Shown in pieces: positions 26,301 through 41,689 of a stretch of DNA of 64,000 bases (positions are counted from its first letter, which is position 1; each line of letters opens with the position of its first letter). Below the pieces are notes generated by a model. It was not told the DNA's origin and ran no database searches. It worked only from the letters and a program-made list of their open reading frames with translations. Source of the DNA: the human T2T-CHM13v2.0 reference genome, Homo sapiens. Location: NCBI RefSeq assembly GCF_009914755.1, contig NC_060938.1, one strand, 5' to 3'. A program made the position numbers and the translations under genes.

Positions 26301-28688
26301 GTCTCTATCTCCTTCAATTCTGCTCTGATCTTATTTGTGTCTTGTCTTCTGCTAGCTTTTGAATTTGTTTGTTCTTGCTTCTCTAGTTCTTTTAATTTTC
26401 ATGTTAAGGTGTCAATTTTAGATCTTTCCTGCTTTCTCTTGTGGACATTTAGTGCTATAAATTTCCCTCTACACACTGCTTTAAATGTGTCCCAGAGATT
26501 CTGGGACGTTGTGTCTTTGTTCTCATTGGTTTCGAAGAACATTTTTATTTCTGCCCTCAATTCTTTATTTACCCAGTAGTCATTCAGGATCAGGTTACCC
26601 AGTTTCCATGTAGTTGTGAGGTTTTGAGTGAGTTTCTTAATCCTGCATACTAATTTGAATGCATTGCGGTCTGAGAGACTGTTTGTTATGATTTCCATTC
26701 TTTTGCATTTCCTGAGGAGAGTTTTACTTCCAATTATGTGGTCAATTTTAGAATAAGTGCAATGTAGTGCTGAGAAGAAGGTATATTCTATTGATTTGGG
26801 GTGGAGAGTTCTGTAGATATCTTTTAGGTCCCCTTGGTCCAGAACTGAGTTCAAGTCCTGGATATTCTTGTTAATTTTCTGTCTCATTGATCTAATATTG
26901 ACAGTGGAGTGTTAAAGTCTCCCACTATTATTGTGTGGGAGTCTAAGTCTCTTTGTAGGTCTTTAAGAACTTGCTTTATGAATCTGAGTGCTCCTGTATT
27001 GGGTGCATATATGTCTAGGATAGTTAGCTCTTCTTGTTGCATTGGTCCCTTTACCATTATGTAGTGCCCTTCTTTGTCTCTTTTGATCTCTGTTGGCTTA
27101 AGATCTGTTTTATCAGAAACTAGGATTGCAACCCCCGCCTTTTGTTGCTTTCCACTTGCTTGGTAAATGTTCCTCCATCCCTTTATTTTGAGCCTATGTG
27201 TATGAGATGGGTCTCCTGAGTACAGCACATTGATGGGTCTTGACTCTTTATCCAATTTGCCAGTCTGTGTCTTTCAATTGGGGGCATTTAGCTCATTTAC
27301 ATTTAAGGTTAATATTGTTATGTATGAATTTGATCCTGTCATTATGATACTAGCTGGTTATTTTGCTCATTAGTTGATGCAGATTTTTCATAGTGTCAAT
27401 GGTCTGTATAATTTGTTATGTTTTTGCAGTGGCTGTTACCAGTTGTTCCTTTCCATGTTTAGTGCTTCCTTCAGGAGCTCTTGTAAGGCAGGCCTGGTGG
27501 TGACAATATCTCTCAGCATTTGCTTGTAAAGGATTTTATATCTACTTCAATTATGAAGCTTAGTTTGCCTGGATATGAAATTCTGGCTTGAAAATTCTTT
27601 TCTTTAGGAATGTTGTATATTGGCCCCCACTCTCTTCTGGCTTGTAGGCTTTCTGCCAAGAGATCCACTGTTAGTCTGATGGGCTTCCCTTTGTGGGTAA
27701 CTCAACCTTTCTCTCTGGATGCCCTTTATATTTTTTCCTTCATTTCAACCTTGGTGAATCTGATGATTTTTTGTCTTGGGGTTGCTCTTCTTGAGGAATA
27801 TCTTAGTGGTGTTCTCTGTATTTCCTGAATTTGAATGTTGGCCTGTCTTGCTAGGTTGGGGAAGTTCTCCTGGATAATATCCTTGAGAGTGTTTTCCAAC
27901 TTGGTTCCATTCTCTCTGTCACTTTCAGGTACACGAATCAAACATAGATTCAGTGTTTTAACATATTCCTCTATTTCTTGGAGGCTTTGTTCATTTCTTT
28001 CACTCTTTTTTCTCGAATCTTTTCTTCTTGCTTTATTTCATTGAGTTGATCTTCAATCTCTGATATTCTTTCTCCTGCTTGATTGATTCAGCTATTGATA
28101 CTTGTGTATGCTTCATGAAGTTCTTGTGCTGGGTTTTTCAGCTCCATCAGGTCATTTATATTCTTCTCTAAACTGGTTATTCTAGTTAACAATTCGTCCT
28201 ACCTTTTTTTTTCAGGCTCTTAGCTTCCTTGCATTGGGTTAGAACACGCTCCTTTAGCTTGGAGGAGTTTGTTATTACCCGCCTTCTGAAGCCTACTTCT
28301 GTCAATCCATCAAACTCATTGTCTGTCCAGTTTTGTTCCCTTGCTGGTGGGGAGTTGTGATCTTCTGGAGGAGAAGAGGCATTCTGGCTTTTGGAGTTTT
28401 CGCCTTTTTGCACTGGTTTCTCCCCATCTTTGTGGATTTATCTACCTTTGGTCTTTGATGTTGGTGATGTTGATACTATTCCTTTATGTTTGTTAGTTTT
28501 CCTTCTACCAGTCAGGTCCCTCTGCTGCAGGTTTGCTCGAGTTTGCTGGAGGTCCACTCCAGACCCTGTTTGCCTGGGTATCACCAGTGGAGGCTCAGTT
28601 GGAAATGCATGAACCACCTGCCTTCTGTGTTGATCCCACTGGGTGCTGCAGACCGGAGCTGTTCCTATTCAGACATCTTGCCAGCTCT
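23395..28688 (-). mobile_element. Near full-length L1PA (L1PA7-like), inactive, 5' UTR internally deleted
   Basis: 5' start ggcaagatgtctgaataggaacagctccggtctgcagc; ORF1 fragments (27726-28413); ORF2 EN/RT fragments ([39 protein letters not shown]); 3' UTR with T-tract; TSD tctgtaata(a/c)tttt. Confidence 0.93.
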
Positions 28689-29473
28689 TCTGTAATACTT
28701 TTATGAATGGGTGTAGTCCTACCTTCTCAAGGTCCCCAAATAACTTGAGGTTCCTGGGCCCGTCAGAAAGTGACATTCTTTACTTCTTACCACAAGGACA
28801 GCAACTTTGTAAAGGACCCTTGTAGACAAGACACCAAGCCAGTCATTCTAAGGGGCTTTGCATTGGTGCTATAAAGTCAAGCTCAATTCCTTAAAGTGGT
28901 CTGGTTGTATCTGCTGTTCGAGTTAAAGCCTTGATAAAACAAACAGTGTCTCCAATTGAATCCTGTTACCAAAAATAGATTCTTATTGAAATTATGCAAA
29001 TAATTATATTGCCATAATTTAGGAATGCTCACGAATGGCTTCTGAATTCTGGAGAAATCAGTTAGAGAGACAGATAAATGGCTCAAATTTTTGTTCACAA
29101 TGTAGTTTTTCTAACGTAGGGTAAGTTAAAAATAGCTGAAAAGAAAAAAAATTCTTGACTTTGGAAAACAAAACATAAAGAGAATCAACAATGTTTCCAA
29201 TGGAAGGGCCATGAATAAAATCTTTTCCTTCTTTTATAAGTTCAGTCCAATGTAACTAAATCTTGTTCTGCTTGATTTCAAATAGCAATTCTCATTCAGT
29301 TTTTTGTGTTTTGCTTGATTTCAATTGGAAATTCTCATTCAGCTTTTTAGAGTCCTGGAAGATTTTCCTAGTCCAATGGTATGATCCCCAAAGTTATCTG
29401 AAACCATATTTAAGAGAACTTGTCAGAGTCCTTTCCATTAAAAATAATTTAGATGATAGCTGATTGTAAAGGC

Positions 29474-29770
29474 TTTTTTTTTTTTTGAGACATGGTCTGG
29501 TTCTATCACTCAGGATGGAGTGCAGTGGCATGATCTTGGCTCACCACAATTTCTTCCTCCCAAACTCAAGCCATCCTCCTACCTCAGCCTCCGAAGTAGT
29601 TGGGACCATAGGCATGCACCATCATGCTGGCTAATTTTTGTATTTTTGTAGAGACAGGGTTTTACCATGTTGCCCAGGATGCTTTCAAACTTCTGAGTTC
29701 AAGCAATTCACCCACCTCGGCCTTGCAAAGTGCTGGGATTTTTACACGTGTGAGCCACCGTGCCCTGCAC
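29474..29770 (-). mobile_element. AluJ-like with local tandem duplication at its 5' end
   Basis: Diverged antisense Alu; caccgtgccctgcac duplicated at ~29756-29817. Confidence 0.85.
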
Positions 29771-30188
29771 CACGCCCAGCACCGTGCCCTGCACAGCCTC
29801 CAGCAGCACGCCCAGCCTGTAAAGGGTTTTAGAGAAGAACTTTAAACAATCACTGTGGATGACAAAAACTTAGAATATCCTTTGGTTAAAATCCAGTGGA
29901 AGTTCTTGACCTGCGAGAAAATTTAGTTGTTTCTATTATATGTAGCATTTTAAGATAACAGCCAGAATCATGACTGACGGCAACACATCAGATCCATCAG
30001 ACTTCCACAAATTTTATATAATCTTTAGAATATTTATATTAATAATATATCTATACATATACAACTTTAGAGAATATTTAACATCATCAAAATTATGACT
30101 GATACCATATTAGATTTTTATAATTTATATAACATTTAAAATATTTATATTAATAATATACCTATAAATGTAACCAAAAGAAGATTTA

Positions 30189-30482
30189 GGCCAGGCACAG
30201 TGGCTCATGTCTGTAATCCCAACACTTTGGGAGGCCAAGTTGGACAGATCATCAGAGGTCAGGAGTTTGACACCAGCCTGGCCAACATGGAGAAATCTTG
30301 TTTCTACTAAAAATACAAAATTAGCCGGGCGTGGTGGCATGTGTCTGTAGTCTCAGCTACTTGGGAGGTTGAGGCAGGAGAATCGCTTGAACCTTGGGGC
30401 AGAGGTTGCAATGGACCTAGATCACGCCACTGCACTCCAGCCTGGGTGACAAAGCAAGATTGTGTCTCAGAGAAAAAAAAAA
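30189..30482 (+). mobile_element. AluS
   Basis: Alu consensus; TSD aaagaagattta. Confidence 0.9.
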
Positions 30483-30599
30483 GAAGATTTAGTGTTACTT
30501 ATCTTTTGGCAATGCTTCCCATACAATGTTATCAAATAAGATTTAGCAAAGATGTCAAAAAATTGAAAACATTTGACCAAAACAGAATGACAGTTTATT

Positions 30600-30903
30600 G
30601 TTTTTTATTTTATTATTTTTTTGAGACAGGGTCTCACCCTGTTGCCCAGGCTGGAGTGCAGTGGTGAAATCATGGCTCACTGCAGCCTCAACCTCCCAGG
30701 CTCAGGTGATCCTCCACCTTCGTATCCCAAGTAGCCAGGACTATGAGCACTTGTTATGACACATAGCTAGCTTTTGTATTTTCAGTAGAGATGCGGTTTT
30801 GCCATTTTGCCCAGGCTGGACTTGAACTCCTGGGCTCAAGTGATCCACCCACCTTGGCCTCCCAAAGGGCCGGAATTACAGACAAGAGCCGCTGCACACA
30901 GCC
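30600..30903 (-). mobile_element. AluJ-like
   Basis: Antisense diverged Alu. Confidence 0.87.
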
Positions 30904-32074
30904 ACATGTCATTTTTAAATAACAGTCATTCATTTAATTAGCATGACAACCAAAAGACATCAAAAGCAACGTAGAAGGTTACATGGATGTGATAACTGAA
31001 AACCCTCAGTTTTCCCAAGTAATTTAAAAAAAAATAAAGGCAACACATGGATTATCTTGATAAAACCTAAAATCTTTATTACAGGCCAGTCATTTAAAGG
31101 GTAAAACTCCTGTGGCATAACTGTGTCTTCTTACAGGAAACTAATTTAAATCACTTGGAAGTCAATTCCGATGACAAGGAGACTTGAATTTAATTAGACA
31201 TAGAAAGAGTGTGTCCAGGGTCATGAGTGAGCATAATATTACAAAGGAATGTAAACAGGAAAACCAGAGCATAGAGCAGTGGGGATCCATAGCTCACAAT
31301 GATAGCAAGAAAGTTTCCTGGTTACATGAAGTAATTAAGACATATTTAAAAGCCAAGAGTATAAAATTAGACCTGATGAAAAAGCTGAAGGAGTTATCAT
31401 CCCAGCCAAGCAAGAAACCCAAGCCTTTTATTCCTTCTCAAGAAGGAACAGGAGACAGTGATGTGATCTGTGAGTCATGTGTAACATGAAAGTACAGGAA
31501 AAGTTGAACTTCTGATATACAAATCTGAAAAGTTTTTATAGTAACAGATTTCAGGATTAAAAGTCAATATTTATTACCTCTTATTATGAGCAAATAAATA
31601 CATTAAGAAAACCTTGTTGTTTTAACCAAAATTTTTAGTTTTTTATCGCTGTTTTTAATATTATAGCTAATTTAAATAAACTTTATAAACAATCTATCTG
31701 ATCTCAATCAGTTTTGGCCTCGATGTAAGATTTACATAAACTTTTAATAACCTTCTATAATTTTTTCATCTTTCCCAACTTTTTATACACATGTAGTTTT
31801 ATCTATCTTTTTTATTCCTTCAATTTAAAATAATCCTTAAAAATCTCTAAGCGAATTTACTTTCTCTGAAACAAAAACCGGTATACATTTTGCATACAGA
31901 ATTGTTTCTCTTGTATCTAGTAGTCTTAATCACACATATCTAGCAAGATATTAACACTTAGTAACCCTTATTTTAATAAAAAACCTAGGAAGCAAGAAAT
32001 CTGGAATTGTCATATAGCAGTATCTTACATATGAGAATAATTTCATAATTTAGAATTATGTGTTCCTAAAACAT

Positions 32075-32367
<293 letters not shown>

Positions 32368-32452
32368 AAAACATAAATTTTAAATTGGAAATAACCCAGA
32401 TATTTAATGAGTATCTATTATTTAATTTAACATAACTAAAATTTCAAAAATA

Positions 32453-32727
32453 GGCTGGGCATGGTGGCTCACACCTGTAATCCCAACACTTTAGGAGGCC
32501 TAGGCAGGAGTATCATGAAACCAGCCTGAGCAAAATAGTGAGAGGCTGACTCTACAAAAAAAAATAAAAGTTAGCTGACCATGGTGGTGTATGCCTGTAA
32601 TTAACAGCTACATGGGAGGCTGAGGTGGGAGGATCCCTTGAGCGCAGAAGGTCAAGGTTGCAGTGAGCTGTGATCATGCCACTGCACTTCAGCATGGGTG
32701 ACAGACAGAGACACTGTCTCAAAAAAA
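32453..32727 (+). mobile_element. AluJ-like
   Basis: Diverged Alu; TSD aaaatttcaaaaata. Confidence 0.87.
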
Positions 32728-33211
32728 TTTCAAAAATACATTAAGATGTCTTGTATAGACATTTATCCATTTACATTTACTTATTTTTGACAGTTTATCT
32801 AGAGTATTTGTGAGAACTGAGGTATTAGACAAAGCTAGTCATCATTTCTAGGTTATTTTCTTGTTAACCATGTTATAGCCTGTGAATATCAGGTGTTCAC
32901 GTAAGTGAGGACTTCAAAGTTAAATACATGGGTATTTTACCAATAACTCAGAAAATTCCATTATTTTTGTTCAACAAACCATATTAAATTGGTCTTATGT
33001 ATTTAAAAAATCACATAAAGAAATATTCTTTTTTCCTGTGTTTATAGCTTTATAACCTTCATGCCAAACCCTAGCACCTTAAAATATCTAGCAAATGTAA
33101 ATATAAAACACAGTCAAAAATGTATGCTGACAAGTCTGAAGAGATTTCTATTTTTTATTTTTATTTTATCAATACTTTTTAAATTATTTGTATTTATAAA
33201 AGAACTCTTTT

Positions 33212-33526
<315 letters not shown>

Positions 33527-33769
33527 AGAATTGTTTCATTCTTTTGTTTTTCTTCAGCCAAGTGACCTTGAATTAGTAACACCACAGACAGTAAGTCTTA
33601 TCTCAACACCAGTAGACAAATCAGCAGATTCAAAGTAGGCAGGGAAAAAAAAATGGATAGGCAAAAGAACTGAGACTTTTTCACTTTAAGGTTTTTAAAA
33701 ATAGTAACTATTTGAGTTCTGAATTTTCTTTCATGTAATTTGGCCATCAGGTTTAAAGTGTGCACTAGA

Positions 33770-34422
<653 letters not shown>

Positions 34423-35138
34423 GGCTAGAATGGTCCATAATATATAGCCAGCTCGAGTCCCAGAAAACCTAGCAAGCTTAAGGTTAGAGCTTCTCATTTT
34501 GGCCTTTTCAAGATTAAATCTCTTTTAGTAGGCCCTTCCCCTCTAGGGAGGTACTTGCCGGAGTGCTGCCTGAAGTTGGTTTTCTGATGCCCTGTTGTTT
34601 CTGTTCTGAATGGTTTATTTCTCATTATAAGAGCTCAGCAAAGCAGGCAGAGTTAAAAAGCAGAGACATGAAGGCTTTAAAATCATGGACTTCACTCCTA
34701 CACTGAATCTCAGGTCCCCAGAAAGACAGAAACACCATGGGACCACAGCAAAGGCAGAAGGAGGAGTGAGAGAGGGAGGTGGACAGAACAACAAACAGGA
34801 GTTGGCTCTCATTTTTTCACGCGTGCCATTTTCTTTAGGTTTTTCTAGTTTATGGAGTCTCTTTGTTCCAATTGAGCACACAGATAAACTAGAGATCTCA
34901 CAAGGCTTTTGCTGAGAACATCAAAGCCTTTAACCTCTGTTGGGCCAAATATTTAGACCAAAAATACAGACAGACACACAAAAGCCAGAACCGGACCAGA
35001 TTGAGTAGCTTAGTGGCTACAGCCTTTATTCCCTTTATTCTTTAGGATACGAACTCAAACCAGATTCAGGGTTCTAACCCAACCAGGACCCCCCTGGGGT
35101 GAAACTGAAACCCCACAGTCTAGACAAGGTTGGGGGTC

Positions 35139-35439
<301 letters not shown>

Positions 35440-35558
35440 TGCTTGTTCTTTTCATTTCATCCTGATCTCCGAATACAGGAGAGTAGCTGATTTGGTGTTC
35501 ACTAACAAGCACAGAAGCTTTGTTACATTTACAGTGTCATTCTTGGCAAAACCTGAAG
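35440..35558 (-). repeat. Inverted duplicate of 2778-2896 (119 nt)
   Basis: Reverse complement aligns without gaps to 2778-2896 with 8 mismatches (manual alignment). Confidence 0.95.
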
Positions 35559-35775
35559 TTTTGCCTCCTGGATTCACGCCATTCTCCTGCCTCAGCCTCC
35601 TGAGTAGCTGGGACTATAGGCGCCCGCCACCTCACCCAGCTAATTTTTTGTATTTTTAGTAGAGACGGGGTTTTGCCGTGTTAGCCAGGATGGTCTCGAT
35701 CTCCTGACCTTGTGATCCGCCCACCTCGGCCTTCCAGAGTGCTGGGATTACAGGCGTGAGCCACCGCGCCCAGCC
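35559..35775 (-). mobile_element. AluY truncated at its 3' end (no tail)
   Basis: Antisense AluY beginning at (ctcc)gcctcctggattcacgcc; tail and end of right arm absent. Confidence 0.88.
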
Positions 35776-35789
35776 AGAAGCTCTAATTT

Positions 35790-36800
35790 CAATGATGATT
35801 GTGCTTTTTCTCTCTTCCTCAGCATCTGGCTCATGATAAAATTTCAGGTGTCTTGATGGTATCTAAATCAGTTGTTGATTCAGTCCTGGAGAAACACAAG
35901 CATAACCTCTATGCCAAGTCATAATTTTACCTATTTCCCAACTTTTTGTTATTGGATCTCTCCACCAAACCAGTTGGTCTGCTTCTGTCTTTGCAGCTGG
36001 TTTCTGTAGATGCTGTTCAGCTGCTGGTAACATCTGGCCTTTGGGCAGGCTCAAAAATTTGAAAGTTAATAATGCAAGATTCAATTGTGTATGGGCTATC
36101 CCATAATCCCTGTTTCTCCCCCGTTTTTGTTTTTATTATCAGTTGTTCATCTGTATGAAATCTTAACTGAGCATTTTCAATTAACTGTGTGGAATGACCC
36201 ATGTATGAAGAATCAGAAATCACATTAACAGGCATATCAAAAGCAGTCAACACCTCAATTACAGCTACAAGCTCCACTTTTTGAGCTGAAGTATAGGGTG
36301 TCTGGAAAACTTTAGCTTTTGATCCAGAATAAGAACCTTTACCATTACTAGACCCATCTGTGAAACAATGAAAACGCTTAGCAGGCTGCAGGTTGTTTAC
36401 TGCAGGAATTGTAAATGCAAACCGTTCACAGTCTTGCTCAGCGAAAAGGGTAGTAAAGAAACAGTCTTTTAAATCTGTGACTATTAAAGGCCAATTTTTT
36501 GGAATTATAGTAGAGAAGGGAATCCTGGCTGTTATATTTCCATAGGTTGTATAACGGAATTGATGGCTCTTAAGTCAGTTAACATTCTCCATTTACCTGA
36601 TTTTTTCTTAATTATGAAAACTGGAGAATTCCAAGGGGAAAATGTTGGAGCTATGTGCCCATTTTCTAATTGTTCAGTAACTAATTTCTCTAAAGCATCC
36701 AGTTTCCCTTTGCTTAGCAGCCATTATTCTATCCAAATTGGCTTATCTGTTAACCATTTTAAAGGTATAGGTTCTGGAGGCTTAACTATGGCCACCATCA
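35790..36800 (-). pseudogene. HML-3 pol remnant (RT N-terminus, RNase H, integrase C-terminus; large deletions)
   Basis: PPEPIPLKWLTDKPIWIE; ELVAVIEVLTAFDMPVNVISDSSY; VWWRDPITKSWEIGKIMTWHRGYACVSPG. Confidence 0.85.
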
Positions 36801-37728
36801 AAAATGGTATCCTAATCTTTGGCAGGAACTTTGTCTTTCCGTTTGAAGCAGTTCTTTCAAACCTTGCAATTTTTTTTCTACTCCTATACCAGGGAAATGC
36901 CCCATTTTGTGCATCATATGTTGACTTTGAGGGCTGTATAATTGTTATGGAATTAGAACTTGTGCTCCCCATTGTCATAATAAATCTCTCCCCCATAAAT
37001 GTATAGGTACAGAAGTTGCAATTGGTTGAACAGTCCCAGGTTGTCCATTGGGCCCTTCACAATGCAAAGTATAGCTACTCTGATACACTTCTGGAGCTTT
37101 AGCAGTTTCCACTGTGTTAAATTGAGTGGGCTGAATTGGCCACATGGACGGCCAGTGCTGTAGAGAAATAATTGAAATGTCCACTCCTACCAAAAAAAAA
37201 AAAAATAGTATCTACCAAACCTTTAAAGTTCTTTCCCTGGATAGTTATTTCACAGGTAGGATGTTTATCAGTAATTTGATTTACCCAATAAGCTGCCTTG
37301 CCTTTTTTATTTGTGCTTCCAAATCCTCCAGTTCATTTAATTTCACTTTTTCCCATTCCCACATACGGCTCACTCAGGAGCTGTGCTATGCGCACTCCTG
37401 GCTGTGCTTTCCAGGGAACAGAACTAAATATCACAATTTGAATTTCCTCATTGTAATCTGAATCAATGACTCCAGTGTGTATTTGTACCCCTTTTAAACT
37501 TAAACTAGACCTTCCTAAAAGTAATCCCATTGTCCCTGCTCGCAACGGTCCACAGACTCCTGTTGGGACCTTTTGCGGGGGTTCCCCAGGCAGAAGGCTC
37601 ACAGCTTTTGTGCAGCATAGATCTACTGCAGCACTATGGGCTGTGGTGGGGAAAGATAACGTATGGGGGTGAGGGAATGGCCTGAGATGGAAATGCCCTG
37701 GTTTAGAACAGGGCCTGGGATGGGCCCC
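36800..37728 (-). pseudogene. HML-3 dUTPase-protease remnant
   Basis: SLLPGEPPQKVPTGVCGPL...GLLLGRSSL...GVIDSDY (betaretroviral dUTPase); GVDISIIS...WP...LWGRDLL (aspartic protease). Confidence 0.88.
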
Positions 37729-39030
37729 TCAGGGAGTTTTCCAAAATCGGGTTCCCTTCTTTATCAAACTTAGAGTGACACTGATTAGCCCAAAGTTTTC
37801 CTTTTTTACATTTTGGACATATTTCAGGATCAGCAGTTTTGTTTTTTCCCCTATCTGGTGGCCTGACTCGGTGATTTTTTTTTTTTTTACATTCTTTTTA
37901 GTATGACCATGCTTCCCACAGTTAAAACAAGCTCCAGGAAATAGAGTATTTCCTTTATCCACTCTCAGTCCTGCCATCGCCTGTGCCAACAAAGTAGCTT
38001 TATGTAGATTATCTCTCATATCATCACAGGCCTTGTTATAATCAACTAAATGTGCTTTCCCTCTGATAGGTCACAGAGCAGCCTGGCAATAAGGATTAGC
38101 ATTGTCAAAACCAATAACTGCAACACTATATCCTAAGCAGCCAAATCTGCAATCATCTTTTTAAGAGACTCCTGTAACCAAGCTATAAAATCCACATATG
38201 GTTCTCTTGGTCCCTGTTTTATAGCACTAAAGGAAGGGTATTGTTCTCCACATGAAGTGATTTATTCCAAGCTCTAATGCACACTTCTCTAAGCTGTTCT
38301 ATGGCATCATCCTGCATGACCACTTGTGCATGTAAACCAGCCCAGCCACCAACCCCCAAAAGTTGGTCTGCAGTTATATTAATTTGAGGTTGGGCCCAGG
38401 CATTGCGAGCAGCCTGAATGGAAGCTTCATCTGCCTACTAAGTTTTAAATTGTAAGAACTGAGCAGGAGTTAGACAAGCTAGAGTAAAAGTGTCCCAGTC
38501 AGTAGGAATCATCCGACTGGAAACAGCAACATTCTTTAACAGTCCCATTTCAAAAGGAGAACCTGGTCCATACTGATTTATAGCTTGTTTAATTTTTTTG
38601 AGTAATTTAAAAGGAAAAGGCTCAAATGTAGCTATAATATTTCCCTGTTGATCTGGGGGGTGTATTCAAACAGGGAACTGCCAAGCCTCTAAATCCCACT
38701 TTTGTCTAGCTTGCTGTATTCCTGCCTGAATAGAACTAAGAGCAGTCGCTCAAGGCGCTGCTCGAACAGTCACCAGGGCAACTACTTTTCACCCAGTGTC
38801 CTCCAGAAAAGAAAGATCTGGAGGGTCGTTTTCTTCAAAATAGTAATGAGGGTGTGCAGAAGGATAGGGATGAACCTCTCCCTCCTTTTCTGCTTTAGCT
38901 TTAGGTGACAAATAAACCTGGTCTGTAACCTCTACTGTTACTTTGTTATACTCTCCTTCCTCCTCATCATCAGTGTGAAAAAGTTCCAAGGTAGAACGAA
39001 CCACAGCCCACACTTGTCCTATTGCTACCC
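37729..39030 (-). pseudogene. HML-3 gag remnant
   Basis: WAVVRSTLELFHTDDEEEG; NLHKATLLAQAMAGL; zinc knuckle CFNCGKHGHTKK; multiple frameshifts. Confidence 0.85.
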
Positions 39031-39627
39031 TGATGCTTCCGAGCTCCCCTTCTTACTCACCACTGGGATTGCTTTAAGAGTACTCGGGTGTCCTCCAGCT
39101 AGTTCCACATTCTCCAATCGTTGCTCCAGCGATCCTTTGACCTGTATTTGAGCCCCCATGAATGGGCACCACTTGCTGAGACCAGGTCGGTTGGAGAGAC
39201 CCTAACCCAGCAGCACTAGAGGAATTAAAGACACACACACAGAAATATAGAGGTGTGAAGTGGGAAATCGGGGGGGGGGCGGGTCTTACAGCCTTCAGAG
39301 CAGAGCCCTGAACAGAGATTTACCCACGTATTTATTAACAGCAAGCCAGTCATTAGCATTGTTTCTATAGATATTAGATTAACTAAAAGTATCCCTTATT
39401 CTTAAGGCACAGATCACTCATGCTATTGTTTGTGGCTTAAGAATGCCTTTAAGTGGTTTTCCACCCTGGACGGGCCAGGTATTCCTTGTTCTCATTCCAG
39501 TAAACCCACAACCTTCCAGCGTGGGTGTTATGGCCATCATGAACATGTCACAGTGCTGCAGAGATTTTGTTTATGGCCAGTTTTGGGGCCAGTTTATGGC
39601 CAGATTTGGGGAGGCTTGTTCCCAACA

Positions 39628-41689
39628 GTTCCTCAGGGTAAGGGTGCCCTAACTCCTGTGGGGACCTTCTTTGGTGGCTCCCCAGGAAGTAAGGAGATGG
39701 GAATTGTGCTGTAGAGGTCTACAGCAGCACTGCTTGCTGAGGCGGGGGACAATTGCTGTACATATGTAAGGGCAGTGGCTGTGCTGGGTATGCCTCAGTT
39801 TGTTGAGGGGCTTGAGGCGGGTCCCTCTTCCTATTTCCTGAAAGAGGTTGTCCATCTTTGCTAAATTTAGAATGACACGGACTTGCCCAGTGATTGCCTT
39901 TCTTACACCAGGGACGTACGTTGGGACTTTTCTGTTGATTGATGGTAGTAGTTTTCGTCTTTTGAATTCCTTTCTACATTCCTTTCTTGTGTCCAATTTG
40001 CCCACAATTAAGTCAAGAGCCTGAGAAATGAAGCATATTTTTTCTTACTCTTAATCTAGCCACAGCCTGAGCTAAAAGAATAACCTTATGTAAGTTATCT
40101 CCAATGCCATCGCAAGCCTTAATATATTTAGTTAAATGGGCCCTCTCTGTCTGGGATCTAATAGCAGTTTGACACTCTGCATTAGCATTATTGTATGCAA
40201 GAAGCTGTATTACAACATCCTGAGCTGTTTTGATCATTTGCGGCTTTATACACAGCCTCTTGGAGCTGAGCAATAAAATTAATATATGGTTCTTTAGGTC
40301 CTTGTCAGACAGAACTGAAATAAGGATACTTTTCCCCGGTAACATTTATCCTTTTCTATGCATGTAAGCACATGAAGCACAGCTGAACAATGGCAACATC
40401 TTCCATTAGTGCTTGATTCTCTAATCAACCCCAGTTAGGGCCAACTCATATTAACTGATCAAAGAAAACAGGCACAGGTGGCTGCACTTGTGTGTTTTCT
40501 GTTGCCTGAGTTTGAGCTTCATCAGCCTACCAAGTTTTAAACTGCAAGTACTGAGATGGAGTGAGAACAGGTTTTGTCAAAGTATCCTAATTATATGGTA
40601 GTAATCTATTATCAAGAGCCATATTTTTAAATAAAGTTTGCACAAAAAGAGAGTTCAGTCCATATTGACTAATGGCTTGCTTAAATTCTTTAGTAACTTA
40701 AAAGAGAAAGCAGCCTAATTAGCTATATTCTGTCCTACTTGCTGGATTATAGTAACGGGAAATTGCCATGCTTCAAGGTCTCCCTTGGCTTTAGCTTTTT
40801 GAATAGAATTTTGTCTACCACCACCAATTGCTCCAGGTTTTAATGTTGTAACTACAGGAGCAGTAAGTTTTTCAGCTAATTTATTTTCTCACCCATTTAG
40901 AGGAGAGAGAGGAGGTGGCCATTCACTTAATTCAGCAGGTGGAGCCAACGGGCTAGTAAAACATACTTTTAAAAGTTTTTCTTTCTTTTCTTTAATCTCC
41001 TCTGGTAGCTGCTCCCCACACTCAGAATTTGAAGTTAGTTTTTTACACTCATCCTCCTCTTCCTCATCTGAGTCTGCCTCATCATCTGTTTGAAATGGCT
41101 CAAGGGCTGCCTTTATTAGTGCCCACACTGACCATACAGAAACTAGAATTTCTGCTCCATCTTTATATGCCTTTTAAAAAATCTCTTCCAATTCTCTCCC
41201 ATTCATCCAACTTCATAGTCCTTTGTTCTGGAAACCATGGGCAAAACTGCTTTACTGTACTAAAGAGTGATAACAAATTCTAAGTACTAATTTTCATTCC
41301 CCATCTTTGTATGTCCTCGGGTGTCTTTTGATGTTGTGTCCTCTGCTTTCACATGCTCCAGCCTTCCTTCACCGGGTCTTTGTCACCCCATGTTGGGCGC
41401 CAGGAATGTTGGGGTGATCAGACCCAACACTAGGTCATGGGGGTGATGAAGTCCGGCAGAGTCAAAGGAATGAGAAAAAGACAGTTTGAGAGAGAAAGTG
41501 GGACCAGGAGACCATCACGAGTGTGGAGTCTGCAAAGTCCCCAAGCTCTGGGAGCCCACGCTATTTGTTGGTGCTCAAACAAACAGGTGGTGAGGATTTA
41601 GGGGTTGAAAGGAAACGGTGTATCAAGTGAATGAGAAACATATGGCCCTGCCTCAGCTTCTCTTCCAACACTCAGCTTTTCTCCCAACA
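39628..41689 (-). mobile_element. HERV-K LTR14-type (HERVK14/HML-1-like) provirus, 5' part: LTR, PBS, gag, start of dUTPase
   Basis: LTR 41689-41407 (tgttgggagaaaagctgagtgttggaagagaagctgaggcaggg...ggtctgatcaccccaaca); Lys PBS TGGCGCCCAACATGGGG from 41402; gag WALIKAALEPFQTDDEADSDEEE and IKACDGIGDNLHK; dUTPase SLLPGEPPKKVPTG broken by the MER9 LTR. Confidence 0.8.

Larger units (their letters stand above)
35776..39627 (-). mobile_element. HERV-K HML-3 (HERVK9/MER9) provirus, internally deleted, 3' end missing
   Basis: MER9 5' LTR 39627-39174 (tgttgggaacaagcctccccaaatctggccataaactggcccc); degenerate Lys PBS ~39171-39153; then gag, dUTPase-protease and pol fragments in retroviral order. Confidence 0.88.

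Noticed and set aside
23789-28413. L1 ORF1/ORF2 as functional CDS
   Set aside because: Fragmented by many stops and frameshifts, and the promoter region is deleted.
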